Positions 46,168 through 59,342 of a stretch of 64,000 nt of DNA are shown here, in pieces (the first letter of the stretch is position 1; every line of letters starts with the position of its first letter). The notes under the pieces were generated by a model. That model did not search any database. It had not been told where the DNA came from and saw only the letters and a program-made list of their open reading frames with translations. The stretch is from positions 15,784,564 to 15,848,563 of the forward strand of contig CM119265.1 of NCBI GenBank assembly GCA_051294375.1. Direction: 5' to 3'. Made by a program: the position numbers and the translations under genes. Source of the DNA: Paraspadella gotoi. Lineage: Eukaryota; Animalia; Chaetognatha.

Positions 46168-48078
46168 ATGGCTGCGGAATCGAAAAAACTAAAACTCTCC
46201 GCCCTCGAAAGTGCTTCCCCGACGGGTGGTGGAGAGGACTCGTCCTCGACCAAGTTTCTCGACGCTGGCCAATCTCAGTCCGTCACTCGCGCCATCCGTG
46301 GTGATGTGCTGGGATTGCGTCGCGGTTTTCGAGGATGCACCGTCTGGTTCACGGGATTAAGCGGCGCAGGGAAGACGACGTTGGCCTTCGCTTTAGAGAA
46401 GTTTCTGGTTTCGCGCGGGATTCCCTCCTACAGCCTCGACGGCGACAACGTACGAAAAGGACTCAACAATGACCTCGGATTCTCTCAGGAGGACCGCGTT
46501 GAAAACATTCGTCGAATCTCCGAAGTCGCCAAGCTGTTTGCCGATGGCGGCATCGTCTGTTTATGTTCCTTTATCTCGCCTTATGAAAAAGACCGATCAT
46601 TGGCTCGAGCCGTTCACGAGCGAGATGGCTTGCCTTTCTTCGAGGTCTACGTCTCGACACCACTGTCTGTTTGCGAGGAGCGCGATCTTAAGGGTCTTTA
46701 CAAACGCGCTCGAATGGGAAAAATCAGGGGTTTCACTGGTATCGACAGTCCTTACGAACCGCCGCCTTCCGCGGAAATTGAGCTACGCGCGGGAGATCTC
46801 TCAATATCCGAGTGTGTTGGCCAACTTGTTTCGCTTCTTCGAAGCCGCGGTATCATTCCAGAGGAAGTTATGGACGCATTCGAACCTGTCAAGGAGCTCT
46901 ATGTTCATGGAGAACAAGCCGCCGCCTGTCGATCCCTTGCCGCTAGCCGTCCAGAGTCATTCCTAAACATTAGCGCAATTGACCTCCAATGGCTTCAAGT
47001 CCTTGCCGAGGGTTGGGCCACTCCAATGACGGGGTTCATGCGCGAAAGCCAGTATTTGCAATGTCAACATTTCGGTGTGCTCTTTAATGGCAACAGCCTT
47101 CAGTCTGCCATCAATCAGTCTGTACCGATTGTGCTGACTGTTAGAGAAGAGATAAAAAACCGTCTTCAGCATAATGAATTTGTAACTCTAGTCTACAACG
47201 AAATACCTTACGCGATTCTGAAACGTCCAGAGTTTTACCGTCATAATAAAGAAGAACGTTGCGCCCGCACTTTCGGGACTACCAATCCTGGGCACCCATC
47301 TGTTAAGGCCATTTTAGATTCCGGTGATTGGATTCTGGGAGGTGACGTAGAAGTCATGGAGCCGATTTTGTGGCAAGACGGTTTGGATCACCTCCGCCTA
47401 TCGCCATCAACTTTGCGGAATCGCTTTAGGCAAATGGGTGCCGATGCTGTTTTTGCTTTCCAACTTCGTAATCCCATTCATAATGGCCACGCATTGCTGA
47501 TGAGCGACACACGCCGCCGCCTTCTCGAACGTGGATTCAAAAAACCTGTGCTGTTGCTACATCCACTAGGTGGATGGACAAAAGAAGACGACGTTCCTTT
47601 GGCAACTCGCTTAGAACAGCATAAGGCAGTATTAAATGAAGGAGTTCTCGATCCTGCATCGACGGTTCTTGCAATTTTTCCCTCTCCTATGCTCTATGCG
47701 GGCCCCACCGAGGTCCAGTGGCACTGCAAGGCGCGTATGATCGCTGGCGCTAACTTCTACATCGTGGGACGTGACCCTGCTGGATTGCCTCACCCCGTGA
47801 CGGGCAAGGATCTTTTCGATCCCACTCACGGGGCCAAAGTCCTCACCATGTCGCCGGGTCTCAGCGATTTGGAAATTGTTCCTTTCAAGGTGGCCGCTTA
47901 CAACAAAAAGAATTCCCGTATGGAATTTTTTCAACCTGAAGCCAAAGAAGACTTCGAATTCATTTCGGGAACCAAAATGAGAACGCTTGCTCGGAATGGG
48001 GAAAATCCACCTGATGGATTTATGGCTCCCACGGCTTGGTTGATACTAGCCGATTATTACCGTAAATTCCAATCTTAA
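46168..48078 (+). CDS. PAPSS: Bifunctional PAPS synthase (APS kinase + ATP sulfurylase), intronless
   Basis: [45 protein letters not shown] and [12 protein letters not shown]. First ATG at 46168. Confidence 0.96.
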   Translation: MAAESKKLKLSALESASPTGGGEDSSSTKFLDAGQSQSVTRAIRGDVLGLRRGFRGCTVWFTGLSGAGKTTLAFALEKFLVSRGIPSYSLDGDNVRKGLNNDLGFSQEDRVENIRRISEVAKLFADGGIVCLCSFISPYEKDRSLARAVHERDGLPFFEVYVSTPLSVCEERDLKGLYKRARMGKIRGFTGIDSPYEPPPSAEIELRAGDLSISECVGQLVSLLRSRGIIPEEVMDAFEPVKELYVHGEQAAACRSLAASRPESFLNISAIDLQWLQVLAEGWATPMTGFMRESQYLQCQHFGVLFNGNSLQSAINQSVPIVLTVREEIKNRLQHNEFVTLVYNEIPYAILKRPEFYRHNKEERCARTFGTTNPGHPSVKAILDSGDWILGGDVEVMEPILWQDGLDHLRLSPSTLRNRFRQMGADAVFAFQLRNPIHNGHALLMSDTRRRLLERGFKKPVLLLHPLGGWTKEDDVPLATRLEQHKAVLNEGVLDPASTVLAIFPSPMLYAGPTEVQWHCKARMIAGANFYIVGRDPAGLPHPVTGKDLFDPTHGAKVLTMSPGLSDLEIVPFKVAAYNKKNSRMEFFQPEAKEDFEFISGTKMRTLARNGENPPDGFMAPTAWLILADYYRKFQS

Positions 48079-48273
48079 TTTTGCCTGACAATTGTCTTTT
48101 CTTTGAAAAATTAATCTCTTTTCAATATGAGTGATTTAGTACGTTTTAACTATATACATGAAACGTCTTAGTATATTTATGAAGCACTGCTTGGTTATAC
48201 TTGGTTTTTAGATTTAGAAAATTCATATCTTTTGCCGAAAATTATTTTAAACTGCTTTTTTTTATTTTAGAGA

Positions 48274-49523
48274 ATGTCTACTAATCTCCACGTTGCTAAA
48301 AAACTGCTCAGAAAGCAGATAAAAATCTCTCTTAAGCAACTGTCAGCTTTTGATCGTGAACTTCAGTCTCAGGCCGTCATCTCAAAATTAGTAACCCTGC
48401 CAATATTTGCTAAAAGTCAGAGAATATCAGGTAGTAATTTTTTAAAATTCTTTTAACGTCTAGCACTATTAATTTAATATAAAGATAAATTTTCATCATG
48501 GAGAAAATTGCATTTAACAAAGAAAAAAAAACTAATTTTTTCCAAATATTTCGACTTATATTGCGAAGTCATCATCAGTGGCAAAAAGTGAAAAAACGAG
48601 AAAAATATTTAAAGGAATAAGGAGAGAGAGGAAAAAAAGAGAAAAAGATAGAGAGAAAGAGAAAGAGAGAGAGAGAAAGAAATGACCTTGATAGGAATAG
48701 GCAGTAGTCATTAATAAAAACACCATCAGTGATTTTTGACCAAAGACCCAAAAATTGGGTAGCCCCCCCTGCTTTCTATCAGTTCAGTTCGGGGTTCCAA
48801 GCGTCGGTTTTTACATAGGCTCCCCAGTCCTCATTGAGTCCCTCTCTTGGGCATGAACAATCATGCTTTATAATGGGATAATTTTTTTTTTTTTTTTTCA
48901 GTTTACTTGCCTATGTCTGATGAAATAAATACTTTGTGTCTCGTGAAGGAGATATTAACCTCAAAAAAAGATTGTTTTATACCAAAATATGTGGGAGATT
49001 CTATGGAAATGGTTCGGCTCCATTCATTCGAAGAAATTCAAACACTTCCGATGACTTCTTGGAATATTCGTCAACCTGCTGGTATATATTTACAGTATTT
49101 GCAATTTTGCACAATTTTTTCTTTCATTCCTGCTGTTTTAGTCATGGCTATAACAAATAATTATTTTAGACGATGAGGACGACTACATGATTCCACCGAG
49201 AGAAAAGGCCTTGAATACAGGTGTGGGACATCATCAGTTCATCACACATCATCACAATTTTACCGATCTTATATGTCATTGCATTTTTGCCTTTCTTAGG
49301 AGGCTTAGATCTTATTGTTATGCCTGGTCTTGGATTCACGAAAAATGGCGAAAGAATCGGAAGAGGAAAAGGTTATTATGATACATACATCCAAAGATGT
49401 ATAACCGCATTCCCTAAAAAACCTTTTTTAGTAGCTCTCACGTTTAAGGAACAAATATGTGAGTCGATTCCTACCGGTCCCAATGATCATCGAGTCGATT
49501 TAGTTATTTTTGATGAATCGTGA
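48274..49523 (+). CDS. MTHFS: 5-formyltetrahydrofolate cyclo-ligase
   Basis: AKKLLRKQIK; VYLPMSDEINT..CFIPKY..WNIRQP; LDLIVMPGLGF..GERIGRGKGYYD. Four exons. Confidence 0.93.
48536..48587 (-). ncRNA. Minimal hammerhead ribozyme motif in MTHFS intron 1 (repeat family copy 1)
   Basis: Minus strand reads tttttgCCA-CTGATGA-T-GACTT(cgcaatat)AAGTC-GAA-ATAT-T-TGGaaaaa. Confidence 0.62.
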
Positions 49524-49798
49524 TTTCAGTTTTACGTTTCATAGTTTTTTCGAAATTGTTCACTAATGAATATTTGTAATGTTATAATAATGTTATTTTT
49601 ATTGGCATATTAGTTTAATTCCTGTTGAATTTGCGGTGTGAAGAAAATTTATCTTATTTTTTGTACATTTTATTGATTTTTAATAGACCGTTATCTAGTT
49701 TTTTAGGTAGTTGATTATTTTTTTAATGTATGAAATGAGACATTTGGTTATGAAGGAGTTGTTTTATAACTGTCTTTGATGTATTCCCACGATCTCTC

Positions 49799-51281
49799 AT
49801 GGGCCAAACATTACGTCGAATTCTCGAATGGGAGGAAGAGGTGGTCGAGGTAGGAGTTGCTATGTTAAAAATTAGTCATTTTCCTTTGGTTAACTCACGA
49901 ATTACCAATCTAAAATTCTTTTTTAAGGAGTGCGAAGAAGAATTTTATCAAAACAATTCCCCCATCGATGAACAGGTACATCTCTAAGAATTCGACTTCA
50001 AACTCAATCATGTGACTTAATAATTCTATCAATTTATAGACATCCGCTGTTGCTGTAGCCGGTCGAATTCTTCAGAAGCACAGAACTAATTTGCAACGTT
50101 TTGGAGGGGGTAAAAAAATTCCCAATTTGACGGACTTACCCCCCGAACTCGGCATCCTCGTACTCTCTCACCTAAACGCCACAGACCTGTGCTTAGCGGC
50201 CTGCGTCTGGCAGAAATTGGCGGAGGATGAGATTCTGTGGTCAGGACTGTGTCGAAGTAAGTACATACGTACCAATTCCAAGAGGACCCGTTTGGAGGAA
50301 CTCGATCTTTGTTTATTGAGATAGTAATACCTACCTTTTTATAGGTACTTGGCAGTACACATCAATATACTCAGTTATACAAAGAATGTCTCTATGCCAT
50401 GACGATGACGGAAATTTCCCTCGTTTTTCATACCGCCGACTGTACATGCTGTTGGACGAAGCGTCGCTCACATTTAATGCCGATCCCGAAATGGGTAATT
50501 GTATTTTTAAAAAAGTTTGTCAGGTTGCTATTGTTTTCATATACATTTTTTATCGAAGGAATTGAATATCTTTGCAAGAATAATTTGCTAAATGACAGTC
50601 CCGAAGAAATTGCGCGCTTTTTCAATGGTACAAATAAACTTCATAAGCAGCAGAGAAAATCTTATTTGGAGAGGCACAATGAGGTTTTGGAACATTTAGT
50701 CCAGTTGCAGGATTTTAACGGTAAATGCTGTTAGATGCATTGTAATTATTTAGTTTACATTACTTTTTTTTACGAGTTTTATTTTTATATGCTTCGTAGG
50801 TTTTTTGCCAAATAGATTACGAGAGTTTTTCTCAAGAATTTGCCATGCCCCAAATGCAAGGAATGAATATCTCACCAAGTTGATAGAACAGTTTTCCAAC
50901 AGGTTTTATGAGAGAGCTTCATGTTATGTCGCCTTTATTTAATTAAAATTCCTAAAATAATTTGACAGATTTACGGACTGCAATTCCAGTTTGGGTCTAA
51001 ATAAAGATACTATCTTTATTTTATGTTACTCTCTTATTATGCTAAGGTAAATTTAATTTTTTCAAATTGTTATTCATTTATAATTTGTTATAATTTTCCA
51101 TTTTATTTTTTTCTTCTGCAGCGTTGATCTTGGATCCCCTCACGTTAAAAATAAAATGTCAAAGCGTGAATTTATTCGTAATTTACGGCATGCGGTACCA
51201 GATGTTAACGACGAATATACTGGACATTTGTATGATAACGTTTACCTTGTTGGTCACATTATCCCTCAGCCAGTAAACTAA
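49799..51281 (+). CDS. FBXO8: F-box only protein 8 (F-box + Sec7)
   Basis: MGQ.L start. F-box LTDLPPELGILVLSHLNATDLCLAACVWQKLA..LWSGLC. LLDEASLTFNADP. LIMLSVDLGSPHVKNKMSKREFIRN..GHLYDNVYLVGHI. Confidence 0.93.
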
Positions 51282-51817
51282 GACCAGATACGAAATGAAT
51301 CATACCAAAAAATCGATTATTAGATTATGTAAGCAAACTGAACTGTGTATTGAACTCACAAACAGCATTTGTCAATATTTGATTTTGGAATTGCAGAAAC
51401 TAATCAAAAACATGTTCAAATGTGCCAAATTTCAAAGTAAAATTTAAAGGTTGAAATTTAATTTTTTTTTTAACTATAGGCTAAGTGTTTGCTTTTTGTA
51501 AGATGATGGAAAAATATTTTTTTTTTGAACTGATTTGCACTAATTTTTCGGATTTTGTGGTTTCCCTCACCAGAATTATACGTCCACAATGTTATTTTCA
51601 ATAATCAGATTACATTGTTTTCAACAATTGTTTTTTATTATGAAGGATTCATCTGCCATGCAATATTTCTAGTCAATGCAGTTTTAAATATTTGCCTGCT
51701 GTTCACTTTTGTCATTATTATTGAAACTTTATCGTCAGGAAAAGTTTTCCGTTAAGAATAATTATTTGGCTCCTTGAGAATGTCATCAACTGTGACATAT
51801 GCGTAAAACCTTTCACA

Positions 51818-54800
51818 ATGCAATCGGAAACTGAACTGCGGAACTCTGGTGATTCTAATCACCTTGCTAAAACTTTGGGAAATGTCACGTTTGAAAATAA
51901 CGAGGAATTCGGTCGAATATTGAACGATTTTTGCATTCAACATGCTCAGGTAACAAACCTTTGTTCGTTCACTTGTTCGGTCTGAGGCTAATCCTGCTTT
52001 CTGATTGGTACTGTACTATCTACCAGTCTTTTCCCCTGTTAGGTCTAGGCTTATAAGTTCCTTACTCCGAGCTTTCAAAATATTCTTTACTCAACAGAGC
52101 TTCGTCTTCCCGGAATTGTCCACTGAGGACAAAAGGAAAATCAGCGATCTTTTTGTTCGCAAGTTGCAATCATCGCAACCTCCTCCAAACATACATAAAC
52201 TTTGTCTCTCTGCTTTGAGAATACTGTCTAGAGATACCAAAGGCATTAGGTGAGCAGAATCAATACTGAGATGAACCGCAATTGTTATCGTCGCAATCGC
52301 AATCGATTTTGGGACATTGCTCCCAAAAAACGTCGTCGTCGATTAAAAAAAGTGTGCAAATGTATATACTCTATAGTATGGCAACGGGGGGACATGTGTG
52401 ATGCCCGGGGAGTGAGGCATCTCCCGACAGCTGGCGCTCAGGGCTTTGGACCTGCAGTGACCACTGACCACCCCATGACACTAGGGTGTTTATGCCGACA
52501 CCATCACACTTTTGAAACTTAGTTTTCCTTTTTCAAATTTGATTTTTTGAGTATCTAACTTTGTCATGGGTCCAGATTTTTGCTATGTGATTGCGACGAT
52601 CCTTGTGTATTCAATATTTTTTCAACTTGAAATATTTTTAGAGAATTCGAAACTCCCGATATGTTTGCCGCGTTGAGATACCATGCGAGATTACAGCTTC
52701 GTCCTGAGACAAAGAATCTCGTTCATTACCCGACCGAAGCTCAAGCTTGTGAAAACATTCTCGAAGCTCAAAAGGTTATCTTCAATCTCATTTATAACAG
52801 GTATACCGTTTAGTAGACAAAATGTTTGGTTTTATGAAACGAAATGAAATTTATTAATTTTAAACAGCTCATCATTTCGCGGTCTTTGCGCAGAGGGCGA
52901 TTTCATTCAGTGCCTTTTCATCCGGATGTCTCTATATAAGTCGGAATTATGTCGAATGTCTACCACGGTAGTGTTTTAAAAGATTTTAAATAAGTCTAGT
53001 AATTTTCGGTAAAACAATATTATAAAATATAATATACGAGTATATTTTCATAATGGAGAAAACGGTGTTAAAGGAGAAAAACAGTTTTTTTTCATATATT
53101 TCGACTTAGTCATCATCAGTGATAAAAATTAAAAAAGGAGACAAAATGGTGTATAAGATGACGTTGAAACAATATTCTAAAACATTTATGTATCGTCTAT
53201 AGGTCTATTAAATAACTCTAACCTTAACCAAACTTAATTTTTTCTTGTAGTATAGCTCCTTGTACGATAATGATGTATGCGAATAGAAAAATAACCGACT
53301 GGCTCGGTTCCGTTGGCATATTGCAACATTTAAAAACTATAAATAAACCGATAGTGAAATAAGTAATTTTACAATTTTCATAGTGCTAAGAAATTAAATT
53401 GTGATAAAGTAATGCTTTATTATCTTTATTTTAATCTTCATGCATATTGATTGAAAGTTAATTCCCTAAATTGTTTTCCTTAGGTGAAGTCTTTCGACAC
53501 TAAGATGTTCTTTCTGTTAACGGCACAAAACGATCGGGCACGTCAACGCGCGCGCGACGAATTTCGGGGGATTGAGACACTTTTTGACGTTTTGTCCCAA
53601 CTCATTCAAGTAAGACATGGCCTTGAAAAATTTTTGGCCAAATTGTACTTCCGCTAACCGGGATTTAGCGGTCGGTTATTTGTTTTTTGCTTATGTTATG
53701 AGCGAACTATTAAAATTTCATTACGCAAAAAAATATTGAAAAAAGTAGAAAAATGTTTTAAAAAATTATTTTAAAAACTATTTCTAACTTTAACCACCCT
53801 CAAACTTAACTACCCTCAACCTAAACCACCCTTAATCCCCAACCTTAATCCCAATAACCCTTAATTAATTTTAACCTTAATTAATTAATGAAAAATGTAT
53901 AAAAAAAATTTTTGTATTTTTTTTTGCCAATTAATAAAAATGTATAAAAAGAGTATTAATTTTAATTAAAACTTATGTTACTTTTAAATAATATTGAATA
54001 TGCGAAAATAAATATATTAAAATATATATTAAAAAAAATATTAAAATGAATATTTATATTATTGCATAAACAAAAACTCGATATTACAGAGAAAATAAAA
54101 GTTTTAACAACTCTTGTGATTGACAAAACACCGACCGGTGGTAACTAAGATTCGTTACGGTCGTCGAAAAGTAAAATTATCCCAATTTTTACTAATCTAA
54201 GGTTCTCTTTCTCATTCTGTCAAACGCTGTTTGATGTTATATTCAGCCTGAAGGAGCAATGTTCGGGACTCAACCTTTGAACGAAAACGATTGCGACTTG
54301 TGCTGTGAAATTCTTAAAAGCCTTTACACTCTCACCATGGATTGGGGGGACGGGAAAGTTTATGAGGACGATCCTGTCACCAAAGAAGCCTTTTTGAAGA
54401 TCACACCTACTCTGATCGGTCTGTTGTTTTGAATAAAAACCTTTTCTGTTTTTTATTTGATTTGAATTTGGTTTTTTATTTTTTTTATGATTTTATACAG
54501 ATCTCATCAAATCGCGGTGCATCGTTAAAGATAAAACCTACGAAGTGAAATCAAACCTGGTGAATTTTCTCATTAACTATCCGGTGACTCTATATTCTTC
54601 ACTTGCTCCTTTTTGTGATTCTTCCGACGTATCGAGTGAACCTGAGAAGAACGGATGCACTGGAGCCTACTCAATCACAGTCAAATGCAAGGGTATTTGA
54701 CAATTCATAGAATGTTTACCAATTTAACTTTAATCGATATTTATTTAGCATAAGAACCAACACAATAATTTAAGAATAATAAGAATATTTCTTAAACTTC

Positions 54801-56318
54801 AGGACCATCCTTCATCGGAAGCAAAGCTAATACTGTGTATCAAGAGCACGACATGACTGTCGTTAATGAGATTCTCGACTTTTTGAATAACCGTCTTGAT
54901 CTATTCAGTGTCTCTTCAAATTCATACAAGTAAATTAAGGCCTTTTCATTATTTACTTACTATATAAGTATTTAAGTATATCTTTTTTCTGTAGACAGCA
55001 AGCTCCTAAAATACCCGTTACCGGTGGACTTAAAGAAACTCTTTCCCCCGTTTTATGTTTACTCCAAAATATGGCCAAATACAATCGTTACATAAGGAGG
55101 TAACTGAAAAATTTTGCCACTTCATGACTCATTTTATTTGGTTATTCTGATTAGTAGCGTGGTATTTCACTTGAGCATTCAAGTATTGATAAACTATTGA
55201 TATTGTGATCGTAAATCTTATTATTCTGTGATCAGATATTTGAAAGTTTCCATTCTCCCACCGCTGGAGGCGAAGACAACGCGGAACTTCACTCAGCTGC
55301 CAGAAGAAGGTCGCTTACTGCGCAATAAGCTAGTTCGACTAATGACCTCCCCCGTTTCGGAGGTTAAGGAGTTGGTCGCCGAACTAGTATTCATCATTTG
55401 CAAAGAGAGCGTCGCCAGGATGATCAAGTACACTGGTAATGGCGATAGGTGGTGTTGGTCATGTCAATAGATTTCAAGATCAAGTTGGCAATTCTCACTC
55501 TCTTCTAGGTTACGGCAACGCGGCGGGTCTTCTCGCTCGGAAAGGCTTGATGGGCGTGGCCCGGGCTCCACGTTTGGACGTGGACCCCGACTACTCGGAA
55601 GACTCTGAGGATTCGGACACCGAAGAATACAAAGCGGTTAAAGACGACATAAATCCAGTCACCGGTAATTTTATTTGAGCAAGTTTCGTACTGTAGGACA
55701 TGCAGTGCAGTATTTCACTGTTCAATTCAATTTATTATTTCGAATTCTTGGGTTTTTTTTTTAATTCATTCAAGTTTAACCTTCGTTTTGTTTGCATTTA
55801 ATTTGTCATGAATAATTCCTTCATTTTCGGATTTTTAAAAAATTAATATTGTTCTTTAATTGATATACAGATTACAGAAGTATTTAATAGTTTTTATGAA
55901 TTAAATATGAAAAAAAAAAGCGCGTGTCTCCATATCAGTTTAATTTTTTTGAAGGTCGTCTCGAACGTAACAAACCTAATCCAATGGATGAGATGACCGA
56001 AGAACAAAAAGAATATGAAGCCTTGGAGCTCGCCAAATTGCTAGGTAACTTGGATACTGTCGTAGTTATATTCTGAATTTAATAGAATTATCTTTCGATT
56101 TTTTATGAGAGTTACCTACGGTTATGTAATTGAAGTATTAGTTGATATTTATTATTAATTAAATAATAGGCCGAATTTGCAACAACGGCGTAATCCAGCC
56201 GGCGGTCATTAACGAGGATGGACGACCTGTTCGAGTCGAACACATTATGCAATTGAGGGAAATGGCTGATGCCAACAATAATGCCAATTCGGATTCCGAA
56301 AGCGATGACGAATCCTAA
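51818..56318 (+). CDS. RIC8: Synembryn/RIC8 G-alpha chaperone and GEF
   Basis: [11 protein letters not shown]; [11 protein letters not shown]; [56 protein letters not shown]; [15 protein letters not shown]; [15 protein letters not shown]. About 11 exons. Confidence 0.93.
53086..53128 (-). ncRNA. Minimal hammerhead ribozyme motif in a RIC8 intron (repeat family copy 2)
   Basis: Minus strand reads tttttaTCA-CTGATGA-T-GAC(taa)GTC-GAA-ATAT-A-TGAaaaa. It shares the flank TTTTCTCCAT.ATGAAA with the copy at 48.5 kb. Confidence 0.62.
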
Positions 56319-56691
56319 CTTTTTTTAGTCAAATCACATTCCCCTAGACTCTACATTTATGTTTTTCGTTGTCACCAACTTTCACCTATGCTCCAAAGTT
56401 TCACGAGTATTTTTACGTTTTAAATCTGATTTCCATTTTACTGAACTATCTAGTTTAGATTTTCGAATCTAGTCTTACTCTATCTTTGCTGGCTCTTAAA
56501 CGTGTAAATATATTTTCCCTTAATAGTTTATAAATTTATTGTTCCCAATTTTGATAGTACTGTGGCTGTGGAAATATCATTAGAAATTTTGGTTCAGCTC
56601 TGCATCGTACGATATCTTGTATTTCTTAATTTATGTTTTGCACGTCGTCAGATTTTTAATTTTCGATAAGTTTTTTCCGTGAAAAGTGGAA

Positions 56692-59342
56692 ATGACTCTG
56701 CAACATAAGCTTGAAAAGGTATGAAATTATGATTAAGAATACTTTTCGGGTTTCTAAACTAGTTCGTTAAATTTTAGATGAAGATAAATTTTGTTTTTTC
56801 TACCAGGTAGAAAATGTCATCTTTGATACTTTGATGGAATCAACCTTACGGATTTCCAAGTTATTAGATGTTGACGTTTTTTTCCTGGTCGAAGGGAGAA
56901 ATAACCAAAGAAGGTTTGCGTTTGGTACGTTTTAATTAAAAAAGACCTAATTGCGAATTTTATTTTAACTTTGACAGATATGGTGGATCACAAAAACTTT
57001 GCCAATTTTTTGAAGGAAACGGAATCATTCTCAGTGATAACGACGCCCAAGTCGAGGCGAGTCTCCTATTAGCTTAAAGAATTGTAATTCACCTCACTTC
57101 GATGACATGTACTCGTCCTTATTGTCATTTTTCCTTTTCATCCGAGTCATAATTATCCTCAAATTCCTGTGTCACGTTGACTTTTTGCTTTGTCTCGTCA
57201 GCGACCTTGCTCTCAATAAATTCATCATCTTTCAACGAATGTCTAAAGTTGTCATCTTTGTCGAAAAAGGTTTCCGGATTTCCGAGATCTTCTGTGTCTG
57301 AAATGACTTTTTCTCCTTTAATTTGGTCGAAATCAGCTTCTTTTGGGACGTTCTTAGCGCTGATGGCAGCTATTGCTAAGTCATCGATCTTTTTATTGAG
57401 GTTTCGACTTTTCGACGGTGCTTTGTTGGCGTTATCGTCGGCGGTCTCTTCCGACGACGAGTCCTCGCTTTCTCCAGATTCCTCTTTGCCGTCATCATCA
57501 TCATCATCATCATCTTGTTCCCCATGTTCTTCCTGCGATGCCTCGTCTTCGCTTGTATCCCCTTCGCCGGCTCTTCCTGTAAGCATAAAATATGCCAATT
57601 TGTAAAATGAATTTTTAAGCCACAAGCTACTCTATTACATAGTAAAGTACATTAGTACTATGCGGACTTTTTGAAGACGGTCTTGAGGAGAATTAAATTC
57701 TATCCACTCACCGCCTTCGGTCGCGGTGCTTCTCCCACTTTTATCGTTTTTCCCCTTCTTCTTTTTCGGTTCTTTCTCCCCCTTTTTCCTTGGCATTGGT
57801 GTGGCTCGGAACCCTGGATGTTCCCGTTCTTTGCGAAGATCCTCGGATACGCAATCGTGCTTTGTGGTGTTCGGCTCCACCTTTTTCTTTGACTTCAGCG
57901 GCCCTTTGTAACCTTGACCAGATTGCCACGGCATCGGTTCGTTGTCAGGATCGCGACGAGGCTTCGGCTGCGCCAGTTCGTTCTCCCTCGACGACGCCTG
58001 GTGGTTGAGCGCTCCTTTAGCGACTCCCATTGAGGTCAACCCCCGCCCTCCTTCCTCCTGTGGCTTTTTTTTTGGCTGTGCTAAGTCCGACTCGCGAGCA
58101 GATGTTGTATGGTTTTTTGCGGCGCTAGACACTTTTGTCAGGGGTACTTGGTTACGCCAGTATATGCTGTGGGCGCTGACGAAGTTGGGGCTAACTTCCG
58201 TCATGTGCCTCTCCCTATCAGCCAAATACGTTGTGTATGAAAATTTTGGAGGACTCATTTTTTTCTTTTCATCGCCTCTTTTAACATTAAGCTTCTGATG
58301 TAAATTACCTGTCTAATAAGTTTTATTGGGATTTTTTCTCAATAAAAACGCGCTATTGCTTTATGTAGGTTAACGGACCCGATTCTTCCCTTCGGGAGAT
58401 CTTGCCTACAAAGTTAAAACGAAAGGCGCCGCCCGAACTGGCCACACTTGCAAAAATCCCCCGGGTGCTTCTTTCTTACTGCGACGATGAAAACGCCCAC
58501 TCTAAATTCTCTTTGCCCATTAATAAATCCTGCGATGGTGAAGAAGAGTACGCGGACTACGAGGGAGAGGGTCATCAAAGCCCTTTACTCATGTACGCCG
58601 ATGAGCACGAGCAGGTGGTCGATGTCGAGACTACTTAGTACTTATGGATTAGATTTCTCGTTTTGCATGACTGTTCATATCTCAGGAAAACTATCAGCAA
58701 CCAAACTCTCTGATCAGCGGTGCGTCCCAGCTTGGTAGGGACATACTGGAAACCTACGAGGAAGACTTTGAAAGGGCGTCTAGCTTAGACGTTAACACGG
58801 GCGAAGGTAACGACGATTATGACGACGAGGGACGCTCCCACGACGAAGACTTCGTTTACGGATCCGACAAAAGCGAATCTAGCAATGAAGACTGGAAAGA
58901 CTCAAAGCCCAAATCGAGGTCTACAAAATCCAGTAAAGACGAAAAATCGCGCTCATCCCACCAAAAGAAAAACGCGATGAATACTAATAAAACTAAGGTA
59001 CGAGTTTCTTGAGAATAAAATGTACGTAATGAGTACTGAATATTAACGCTGTATTACTATTAAGTAATCATTTTCATTGTAAAAAAAAAACAAACGTTTC
59101 CCTAGTCTCGCACCAAGCGATCAACGGTTCGCAAGACCGTTCGCTTTTCAACCTGTTCCGACGACGAGAGTGACGGCGCCATTAAGTCGCCTCCTCGTAC
59201 TAAAAAGACAAAAACTTCAGTCTCGGATGAAAGAAGTTTCGTTTGCAAGACTTGCGAAGCCGCCTTCAAGCGAGCTTATCACCTCGTCCGTCACAGGAGA
59301 AACGTTCATGCCATTTACGAAGAGGATGTGGACTGGGACTAA
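56692..59342 (+). CDS. Uncharacterised protein with one C-terminal C2H2 zinc finger (exons 56692-56718, 56807-56913, 56978-57056, 58369-58614, 58686-58997, 59106-59342)
   Basis: Phase-consistent exons, ending in FVCKTCEAAFKRAYHLVRHRRNVH. Intron 57057-58368 most plausibly uses a GC donor (GAG|GCGAGT). Confidence 0.7.
57125..58258 (-). CDS. THEG (testicular haploid expressed gene)-repeat protein with an acidic tail, nested antisense in the zinc-finger gene
   Basis: Two repeats, VSSAAKNHTTSARESDLAQPK and VAKGALNHQASSRENELAQPK. Exons 58258-57712 and 57576-57125 are joined by a phase-1 G|GTGAGT...ACAG intron. Confidence 0.68.

Noticed and set aside
52375-52510. GC-rich island in RIC8 intron 2, considered as a snoRNA
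   Set aside because: No convincing paired C/D or H/ACA boxes could be placed.
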